From Chlorokybus atmophyticus (taxonomy: Eukaryota > Plantae > Mesostigma and Chlorokybus algae): a DNA stretch of 64,000 bases. The notes beneath the pieces were generated by a model. The model saw nothing but the letters and a program-made list of their open reading frames with translations, was not told where the DNA came from and did not search any database. This document shows, in pieces, positions 39,699 to 49,300 of the stretch; within the stretch, counting starts at the first letter, position 1; the number at the start of each line of letters is the position of its first letter. Position numbers and translations under genes: made by a program. The stretch spans positions 111,644 through 175,643 of the forward strand of contig RHPI01002264.1 of assembly GCA_009103225.1 (NCBI GenBank), written 5' to 3'.

Positions 39699-42600
39699 AT
39701 GTCCAAGCGAAAGCTCGTTCCCCTTGGCCAGTTTAAGCCTGCAGGTAATAAGTAATGCATGCTTGTTCAGCATGATTATTGTTAACATGTGGTAACACTA
39801 GTCATGCACACAGACAAGAAGCACAAGGGTCCAGCGCACAAGAAGGAACCTGCTAAGAAGGAAGCTGTCCTGCAGAAACCCTGCAAGAAATCAAGTAATG
39901 TAGCGCTGTTCCAGCTGACCATACTAACGCATGCTCACTGCGGTTGTTTGCCACCATTGTTGCAATAACACTGTCTATTGCAGACCTTTTTGACACCACA
40001 AAGGCTCAGTTGCTGGAGGGGTTCAATAATTGGCGGAAACTAAGGGAGGAGGAGAAGGCTGGGAAGGCGAAGATGTCCACAGAATACAGTTGGGATGTCG
40101 TGGTTGAAATAATGCAGAAGAACCTGAATGAAGATCCTCGCTTGCTTGAGCTCGACAAGAACTTGCAGATCTGCCTACGGAAGTTCGTGGAGCACCAGCT
40201 CAGGCTTTGTGATCCGGAGGCAGCTGCTGGGGGTATGGACCTCGGGCATTTTGGCCTTGAAGATGTTGTTACCGATAATGACATCCATGAAGAAACGAAG
40301 ACAAAGTGGGGAAAGAAATTCTCTGACTGGAGGAAAGCGAAGGCGAAGAGCAAGAACCTCATGTCATGGGGTGAGCTGGTGGTCTTTATCAAGAAAGCGC
40401 TGCGCGAACCAGACTTGGCTTCCCTCGATCGAGAATGGAGGCTCAAGCTACGGCAGTATGTGGAGGAAGAGCTAAGGCTATGTGATCCAGAGGCAGCTGC
40501 TATGGGCATCGACATCGGGGAATACGATCTTGACTACAAAACAGAGGCGCCCAAGCAGCAAGTGGAGGCCCAAGCCAAGCAGCAAGCCGACGCGGAGGCC
40601 AAGCAGCAAGCGGAGGATCAAGCCAAGCAGCAAGTGGAGGCCCAAGCCAAGCAGCAAGCTGACGCGGAGGCCAAGCAGCAAGCGGATGCTGAGGCCAAGC
40701 AGCAAGCCGACGCGGAGGCCCAGCAGAAAGCTGAGGCCCCACGCAAGTCCCAGACTGCACAAATGCAGGAAGGGCCTCGACCTGAAGCCGGTACCTCTGC
40801 TTCTGCTGTTGAACCAGAAGACGGTCTACCTCCAGCAGAAACGGAGGGCGAGTTAGAGTTGGTTGGGCTGTTGCATGATAAACACCGGCTTCGGCTTTTC
40901 GATGCCTATGCAGTTGGGAATTGCTTCTATGCCTGCCTTGCCCAGTCGTGCCCTCGCGTGAACGCTGCGTGCTTGACACGCGCGAACGCAGCGGACAACG
41001 GGTCTTTCTGGCGAAGCATTGTGCTGGACAATGGCAAACAGCTGCCAACAAGAGAGCAAGCGCAAAAGCTTCGGAAGATCTGTGCTGAGCAGGTCAACCT
41101 TTATTGGTTGCTGGAGTATCGCAACTACGGGGCCTGTGGTGACATGGGCCAGGATTACAAAAAGATGGCCAGGAAATATGGCGTAACCAGGGCACTTAAC
41201 AAAAAGCAACTCAAGACTAAGCAAGATGAAGACAACGCTGTAGAGGCTCTGCAGAAAGTGATCGCTGAAGAGAGCGTTTATGCCGATCAACTGCAAGTGG
41301 CGATCATGGCGCACGCTCTTGGCATTCACATCGGTACTGTGTAGCTCACTGAGGTTGCCGACGAGAAGCAGAACTGCTGGAAAGCAGAGCACAAGGGCGG
41401 CCTCATCGAAGGCGATGACGGGAGGTACTACACAGTGGATGCCAAGGGAGAGAAGCATTCCGTCAAACCTGTAGTGGTGATTGGCGAGGATGTTATCGAT
41501 GTGGCTGGCCATATAATCATTGGCAACACGGATCCAAGCAAGCCCAGCGCGCATTACATGTCTGTTGGTGATGCAAATGGTATACTCTCTTGGCAGCGCA
41601 GCGACATGCCACCAGAAGTCCTGCGCTGCATGTACCCTGCAGATGCCGAGCCCCAGCCCCAGCCCCAGCAGCAAGCCCAGCCCCAGCCCGAGCCGCAGCC
41701 CCAGCCCCAGCCCAAGCAGCAAGCCGAGCCCCAGCCCAAGCAGCAAGCTGATGCCGAGGCCAAGCAGGCCAAGCAGGAGGCCAAGCAGCAGGTCAAGCTG
41801 CGGCAGGAGGCGGAGGCCAAGGCCAAGCTGGATGAGGACAATGCCAAGCAGCGGCAAGAGGAGGCCGAGGCCAAGCAGAGGCAGGAGGCGGAGGCCAAGG
41901 CCAAGCAGGATGAGGCCAATGCCAAGGCCAAGCAGAGGCTGGAGGCCGAGGCCAAGCAGCAGCAGGAGGAGGCCAAGGCCAAGCAGGATGAGGCCAATGC
42001 TAAGGCCAAGCAGGAGGAGGCCGAGGCCAAGCAGAGGCAGGAGGCGGAGGCTAAGGCCAACGAGGCTAAAGACCAGCAAAGGCAGGAGGCTGAGGCCAGG
42101 AGCCAGCAGGAGGCTGGCGCTATGCAGGTTGATGCCGCTGTTGAGGAGGAGGCTGATGCTATCAGTGATATGTCAATTGACATCAGCACCGCAGCAACCA
42201 GTGACACCAGTGACACTAAGAAACGCAGACGCCGCCCGTCACGCCGCCAACAGCGAGCTGCTTTGCAAAGGGACAACACGCCTTCCGGTGCTTTTCGGAA
42301 GCTGCATCGTGTGCAACAGGGGGAGCGCACCGTGGACGAATATCACGCGCAGTTTGCACAATTGTGCGGGGTGGCAAACACCTGCGTTGAGCTGGTGCCT
42401 AAGGCCCTTAAGCTACAACTGTTTCTCCAGGGACTCAGGAAAGTAGTGCGCATTGGCGTGCCCAAGGGTCCTTGCAACCAAGATTGGAATGCTGATCAGT
42501 TCGATTTGCTTGTGTCGGCTGCCAAGACTTGTGAACGGACCTTGCTTGTTAAACAGCAAGCACACCTCGTAGATCGTTCAAAGTTCGAGTTAGGCAAAGC

Positions 42601-42883
42601 AAGGCCAAGCAGGTTGCAGAAATTGGAACGACTGGAACAAATCAGCAGTCGTCGGGAGGGCAAGAAGCTGGCACATCAAGCTGCATATCAGCGTGAGCAG
42701 GAGATGATAGCTGCACAGGAGACCCTTGAGCAGCAGGAGCAGCTGCGTAAGCAGCTGAAGCGGCAGAAGGAGGAGGAGCGCCAATAGATAAAGCGAATGG
42801 CTCAGCAGGGAAAGGAGCAGCGGAAGCAGCGGCGGGAGCAGAAGGAAACACAGCCGCAGCAGCAGCTGCAGCAGCAGAGGTAG
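39699..42883 (+). pseudogene. Cargo gene: duplicated helical repeat, OTU-like cysteine protease, Ala/Glu/Gln/Lys repeats and a retrotransposon-gag-like segment; in-frame TAG at 41342-41344 and 42785-42787
   Basis: MSKRKLVPLGQFKPAG plus two introns, then one long frame; DAYAVGNCFYACLAQ (Cys at 40922), YADQLQVAIMAHALGIHI and AHYMSV (His at 41552) match the OTU motif order; LHRVQQGERTVDEYHAQFAQL...LFLQGLRKVVRIGV matches the gag QGxxxVxEY...F..GL signature. Confidence 0.75.
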
Positions 42884-44009
42884 CTGTAACAGCAACCTCG
42901 AGGTTGTTCACTTCACGACTACCAGCTTTGCACCCGTTGGAACCCGCATGGACACTGCTTGTACAATAGCAAAAGTTGCAAGTATTGCTCTCGTTAACAT
43001 TTGCTGCTGTTGTGTTTGCAGGAGCCTCTGCTACCTCACCATACCTGTGCAGAATCTACCGTTCTTGCAGCGTAAGGTCAACCTCATGTGTAAGTGTATC
43101 TATTAATTCAAGCTGAACACAGAGGCATCTTCTAGATTTAGCCCTCTGTTTTCTCATTCCCGATTCGGGTTTGAGCTCATGCTGAATGCAGAGGCATCCT
43201 CGTGAATAAGCCCTCTGCTTGCTCGTTCTGTCTTTGTATGCAGAGCGTAGGGGCATCACCCTGTGATTAAGCCCCCTTCTTGCTCACTTTCTTGCCCCCT
43301 TCTTGCCTGTGCCACCTGCTTTCGCTGCTAACCAGCAGGAAGTGGAGGTGTTCTTCCAGGTGACATGACAGGAGCTTGACATGACAGGATAGAGGAAAGA
43401 CAATCTCGTGGTCTTTGTACAGGATAGAGTGTGTTAGCTTTAGCTGCCTGTCTGTGTGTGTTGAAGGATTACAGCAAAATGCAATCACCCACATCTGCCT
43501 GTCCTTGTATGGTTAGGATCATCCCGACTGCACGCGGGTTCACTGCGAACGCACCGCCTTGGGAGCCTTGCTAGCTGCTGTTTGTATGCAGTCACGGCGC
43601 ACAGGTAAGTGTGGCAGCACTTGTAGAGTGGAGGTGGTAACAGAAGTCCGCAGTAAGTCATGAGGTATGCATCGCTCTCGTGCATATACTAATTGTGATT
43701 GCATTTCACCTTCTCAACCACCTCCAGCCTCTGCATGGAACTTGTTGGTCGCGATCTGCTCCAGGGCTTTTGGATGGACGGCGGTTGTACCTGCCGCTGG
43801 GGTTGGGTTGCTGTTTGTGATATGGCAACTCAGGCTGGCAGTCCTTCTCCCCCCACCCACCCGAGAGAACACCTCTTGCTGCTGTTGACATGCCGCCCTC
43901 GTACTGGCACGCCCTCGTACTGGCCCCGGCAACCGCTGAAACCGGGCATGTGTCCAAAGATTGCACGCAACCAAAGGCATGCGCACAGCAACCTAGAAGT
44001 TCTTCTTCT

Positions 44010-44217
44010 CCGCCCACCCACCCGACACAAAACCTCCTGCGGGTTTACTGCGAACGCAGGATGTGGTCCTGCAGAGCCGTCTCGCGCAAGTCGCGTACTG
44101 TAGACTTTGTGCACATGCTCAGAGCCTCTGGTTCATGACTTTCGCGAGTCAGCTTTGGTTGGACCATACCCTGCGTTCGCAGTGAACCCGCAGGAGGTCT
44201 AGTCTCGGGTGGGCGGA
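44010..44217. repeat. Long inverted repeat (about 57-60-bp arms, 91-nt spacer)
   Basis: 44010-44069 ccgcccacccacccgacacaaaacctcctgcgggtttactgcgaacgcaggatgtggtcc versus 44161-44217 ggaccataccctgcgttcgcagtgaacccgcaggaggtctagtctcgggtgggcgga. Confidence 0.9.
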
Positions 44218-44408
44218 CGGCGCAACAGGGCATGAAGGTGCTCTGGAAGAGACCCTGCCTAGCAGGTCAGTCTTTCCCGTGCTGGCAAACAGAGGCATCC
44301 TCGTGATTAAGACCTCTTGCTGACTTTATTTATTGGGTCGCTCATTTTGTTGTTGGGTTTGAGTTCAGGCTAACAAAGTGGCCAGCAATCAAGAGCTACC
44401 TCTACCTT

Positions 44409-45176
44409 TCAGTAAAAAGGAGGGTAATCAACAGTGAAGCCTATTGCTTCCAGCAACAGCCTGCCTACATGTTCAGAGCAAGTTGGTGGAATGGCATTCT
44501 TGACTTCCGATTCCGCATCCATCCACTCCACCTGCATGGCAGACTGCCACCCTGCAATCGTGCCACGGCAGGATGCTTGGCCGTACACCGGGTGAATTTG
44601 CCTCTCCCCAGGTAGCAACTGTCGGCGCTGCTCCGGGTGGGTGGCCAGCTCTCCAAGTGCACAACCAGTGTGGTTGCATTTCAAGTCTGAGTGCAGTGGA
44701 GGGTTTGTCTCGAAGATGCGATGACGATACACATCCAACTTGAACATGGTGCCACACAGCTTCAGGTGAGTTGTCATGTGTCCTGATGCGCCTGCGACAT
44801 TCTCTATCACCCATGGCTTGCCGCTCAGCTGCAACTTGGCTCTTATGGGGTCAATTAGGTTGACGTGCTCGCGTCGATTGCCGTACGCGGAGCGCTGTGT
44901 AGTGGGAATGGCCCCACTTAGAGCTTGACATGGAGGACTTGCCCACACCGCAGCGTATGCTGTCGGGTCAGCGTCCATTGCATCCATCTGGCAGAACTTG
45001 AATGGGTATGACGGTTGTGGCTTGTTGTCGATGCCCTCAACATCAAACCCTGCCCTGTACAAACCCATGGCTACACCACCAGCGCCGCAAAAGAGATCCA
45101 GTGCGCGCGGCCTGCAACGCCTTCCGTTTAAGTCTATTGGTGTGCGTGTGATCAGAAGGGTGGGGGCTTGGGCCAT
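44409..45176 (-). CDS. Compact prokaryote/phage-type C5 cytosine DNA methyltransferase domain (255-aa intronless ORF)
   Basis: Motif I ALDLFCGAGG; II/III GIDNKPQPSYPF; IV WASPPCQ (catalytic Cys); VI PWVIENV; LCGTMF; VIII YRHRIFE; C-terminal AMQVEWM...NAIPP. Confidence 0.93.
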   Translation of the reverse strand: MAQAPTLLITRTPIDLNGRRCRPRALDLFCGAGGVAMGLYRAGFDVEGIDNKPQPSYPFKFCQMDAMDADPTAYAAVWASPPCQALSGAIPTTQRSAYGNRREHVNLIDPIRAKLQLSGKPWVIENVAGASGHMTTHLKLCGTMFKLDVYRHRIFETNPPLHSDLKCNHTGCALGELATHPEQRRQLLPGERQIHPVYGQASCRGTIAGWQSAMQVEWMDAESEVKNAIPPTCSEHVGRLLLEAIGFTVDYPPFY

Positions 45177-46156
45177 CGATCAAGCTCTCGACCAGGCAAG
45201 TCTTGCAGTTTCAGACAGCTTTGACCACCAACACGAACCATTACGTCGTAACCCTCACGCACAGCTGCCATGTTCCAGTTCTTTATCAAGATGTGGTGCA
45301 GCCGTGGGTCCTCAACGAAATCGTCGTACTTGATGGTATGTTTTCCTGAGCCACATGTTTGCCTGAGCCGGTGCTTGCATGAGCGTGCGCATGTAAATAC
45401 TCTGCAGTATACCTGTGTTGGCATCAAAAGTGATGATGTGGCCTGCATACCAGGAGCTCATTCCTGGCCAGTACACCACAACGCGGCATGCTACCAAAGA
45501 CTGCCCCTCATCAACAATCTCCTTCCGCCAAGCAGCCAGTGTCGCGACATCGTCGACAACCGCGTTCCCCTTTGGCATTCAAGAGTAAGTTGGTCATGCA
45601 TGCAAGCGCTGTTTTGCTGTTTGCAAGGACAGTTCAACTCGACAACCGCCAAGCAGCCAGTGTCGCGACATCGTCGACAACCGCGTTCCCCTTTGGCATT
45701 CAAGAGTAAGTTGGTCATGCATGCAAGCGCTGTTTTGCTGTTTGCAAGGACAGTTCAACTCACCCTGTTGTTGACATCGTCTTCAATTACCGTGGACTTG
45801 CCGCGACCGTTGCGCACGAGCTGACGTCGAACCACATTGCACATCTGCCCATCGTGATATGCTCCAGGCCGTGCCCAAGGCAGGTGATTCATGGGCTCGC
45901 CGTCCCACTCAAACTTGGAAAGCGAGCACTGCAGGCAAGTGCACTCCTCCCAAAAGAAATCTGGCCTCATGCATTGTGCCAGCAGTCTGCATTGCCTCAC
46001 ATTGTCCCCCCTTGCCTTGTGGTGCCAGCAGGCTTCATAGAAGCCATACTGCTCACTGTACAGCTTGCACTTCTCTTCATGCTGTTGCAGACGTCTGTTG
46101 TTGCCATTCCTAACCAAGTATGCTTTGCAGAAGCTACACACTTTGACGCCGCGCAT
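45152..46156 (-). CDS. Spliced 5' part of the methyltransferase locus: Zn-finger/Cys-rich exon plus Tudor-like domain
   Basis: Exons 46156-45764, 45569-45413 and 45345 onward join in frame through GT-AG introns; CSFCKAYLVRNGNNRRLQQHEEKC (C-x2-C...H-x3-C); LVACRVVVYWPGMSSWYAGHIITFDANTG|KHTIKYDD (PDS5/PTM-like Tudor). The frame overlaps the MTase ORF start and needs one extra base (e.g. in the C5 run near 45165) to read through. Confidence 0.7.
45525..45761. repeat. Tandem duplication, 121-bp unit, of an intron end plus exon start
   Basis: ccgccaagcagccagtgtcgcgac...cagttcaactc at 45525 and 45646. Confidence 0.95.
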
Positions 46157-46321
46157 GCTGGCGCCACGCTACCTGGCACACAAACCCTAGAAGCTAATGC
46201 ACTGGACGGAAGAAGAAAAGGAGCATGTACGCAAATTGTGGAGCATATCCGGATTGACTTTCTGGCTTGTTTTGAATCGGGATTGGATGTGTCCTAAACC
46301 CTTAATTTACGGTAGGCAGTC

Positions 46322-49300
46322 ATGACGGTGGCGACGGCGGCGGTGTCAGCGGCGGCAGCGTGCCTGCAGGTCTTTGCTTTCGCTGTATGGAAGTTGATTG
46401 GCAGTTGCTTGCAGTATGTTGGCTGACTGCTTTTGATGTTTGTAGCATGAGCTACTTTCGCAGGTGTTTTTGCCGCGACTGCAAAGGGAGCAAAGTGTTC
46501 ACACACAACCACATTAGAAGGGCTGAATATCATGAAAACTTTGGCAAAAACATGTGGTGTGGCACTCCAGAAGCTGTTGCTCCTGAATACCGTGATCGAC
46601 TACAACCCCATGAACTTGAAGAAGCTGATGCTGCTGTTGCTGCTGCATCCTTACACATGTCGTCAGGTACGAGAGCAACTTCTCTACAGCTGTGAATCTA
46701 TACAACAGGCTGTCTGATCATTGATCTGGCTTGCCCCAGGTGAAGCTCTCCATGACACCGAACAATTGCTAGTTGGGAACGACGCTATTGAACATGTTGA
46801 CACAGGCACGCCGTTGCAACCGAGTGTTGAATCTCCTTTCAATGTTGCAGCCAACTTGCAACCAGCAGGTACGACCTGACTTGCGTGGCATGTTGACATT
46901 GCGGATGCTGTGCCTCTCATTGTTCATGTGCCACTAGACTCATTGCAGCTGGCAGGTTGTAATCCGTGTGCTCATGAAGGACAATGTGCTTCTGGAGAAC
47001 AACGCGAATCTCACCCAGCATTTTGTGGAATTGAGAATGCTACATTGCAAGAGCATCAAGGTGCCAGAACCAAATCCACAAATGGACAAGTAGAGCCTGA
47101 GACGCCAGTGCACTGCACCTCCACTGCTGAGCAAGTCGATGCGGAGCAAGGTGATGCGGAGCAAGGTGATGTTGCCGGCGAAGACCAAGACTATGAAACC
47201 GATGTGGAATCGCAGCCGAACGAGGCTAAATGCGTTGATGATGCCATGCTACTTGACAAGGTGAATGCTGCGTTGCTGGATAATGCAAGCAACCCTGTTG
47301 TTTTCGGCTCTCGTACAACCCCTCTAGGCATTTCCATGCTGCTATTGGTTCTGGCGCAGCTACATCGAATACCCTTCAATTTCATGAATAAACTGCTCAG
47401 GTTGGTGGGTAAATTACACTGCTGACTGCTCAGCCTGTTCAGAACTGATGTGTTTTTGTGTGCCAGGTTGTTACGTGGCATCCTCTTGCCTAAGGAGAAT
47501 AAGATGCCAGGCAGCATGCACGAGCTATTGAAATGCCTTGAAGGCCTCAACATGGGCTTCCACACATATGATGCCTGTCGCTGTGATCACATGTTGTATT
47601 GTGGCCGACATGCCAACAGGATACTTTGCAAAGGTGAGCAATTGTTGCAAATGTTCACTACAATGGGATTTGATTAGCATGTCCCATCAGCATACGACTT
47701 GCTTATGCAGTCTGCAAGGCCCCTCGCTACCGCAACATAAGAGGTAGACAAGTTGCATGGAAAATTGGGCGTTACTTTGACGTGCCTGCTGCGCTGAGGG
47801 CTCTGTACCTAAAACCTAGTGTTGCTGCGGAGATGATGGCGCACACAAATCGAAGTCAGGATGGGATTATGCGATCTATACACGGTAACATTACCAAGTT
47901 CAGTGGTAAATGAGGCACGACTGTGTGCATGATTGTGTTGGTGAGCGGCTGGGGCAATCCAATGCAAGCCCTCCGTGTCCGTGCCTTGTGCTTTTGTGTG
48001 CGTGGCGCTGAGGCGGCATGTAAGACCTCGGTGTCCTTGCCTGTGTTTGTTTGTGTGTCGGCGTGGCGCTGAGGCGGCATGTAAGACCTCGGTGTCCTTG
48101 CCTGTGTTTGTTTGTGTGTCGGCGAGGTGCTGGGGCGGTATGTAAGACCTCAGTATCCAGCCTTGCGATTGTATGCATGTTTGAATGTGTTGTGGGGCTG
48201 GGGCAGTTGGTCGTAAGCCCTTGGTGTACTTGCTGCTGTCAGACTCGCCAATGTTCAAGGACACTAAACAACGCTACAGCCGGTTTGCCAAAGAACCACG
48301 CAATGTGCGCCTAGCGATGTTCATCAACGGGATGAGCCCGTTCAAAGATCCGCACAAAGATATAAAAGAGCATTTTTCTTCCTGTATGCTCGTTGCAGTG
48401 TAAATGTACGAATGGCAGCAAAGGGTTTGTTGAGTTGCAGGGAACTATGAGTTTTGGGTTGTCACAATCTCAGTGTTGAACCTGCCCATTGCCAAGATGC
48501 ACAAGACAGACACTACATTTCTAGCTGCTGTAATCCCTGGACCCAAACAACCAGAGAATCTACAGGCTTATCTCAAGCCAATTATTGACCAGTTGGGAGA
48601 TCTCTGGGAAGGTATGGTTTCAACGCAGCTAGGATAAGCAGCTTCCATTACTGCAGTCATGCCTGACTAATGCGCATGACTGAGGCATATAATCTGCTGG
48701 CATTTGTTGTAGGTATAGACGTATATGACAGCCACCGCGACGCAGTTTTTCGTTGCAGATCTATTCTGGAGATTGTAATCCATGATTACCCAGGTACTCA
48801 AGCAGCAGCAGTGTTTGCACTTACTGTTATCAGTGTCTGACTGTATCTGTATATTGGACTGTCCTTACAACCATGGTTGTGGCTACTGAAGTACAACATG
48901 TTGGTTGCGCAGCTCTGGCAAAAGCTGCCTTGCAGATGGCGCATGGAGCCATCTTTGGCTGTTAAAAGTGCGAGTGCAGTGGAGAACATGTGGAACTTTT
49001 TAAAAAGGTGATCTATCAAGGCCACCGCCGATACCTACCGGATGACCATCCTTACAGAGTTGATGAGCGTTGGCCGCAACCAGAACACAGACCTCCACCA
49101 CCCATGCGGACTGCAGAGAGCGTGTACAGGTGAGCAATCTCAGTTGATTGCGCATTCGGTTGCAGAACATAGGTATGTCAGCAATGGATGCCATGTGATC
49201 AGGTATGCTATGACATCTCGCAACAGCAAGCGTCCACTGCACTCCAAGAGACATCCTTCAAAGACCTCCGGCATCCTTGGACTGAGCTGTTTTCACGACC

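Noticed and set aside
40853-42895. Long Leu-rich or Ala/Ser/Cys-rich antisense ORFs
   Set aside because: Shadows of the AEAKQ repeats on the plus strand
44409-45176. Bacterial contamination or a restriction-modification system as the source of the methyltransferase
   Set aside because: It is embedded between intron-containing genes inside TIR/TSD-defined boundaries, with no endonuclease partner and no gap nearby; read-level confirmation is still advisable
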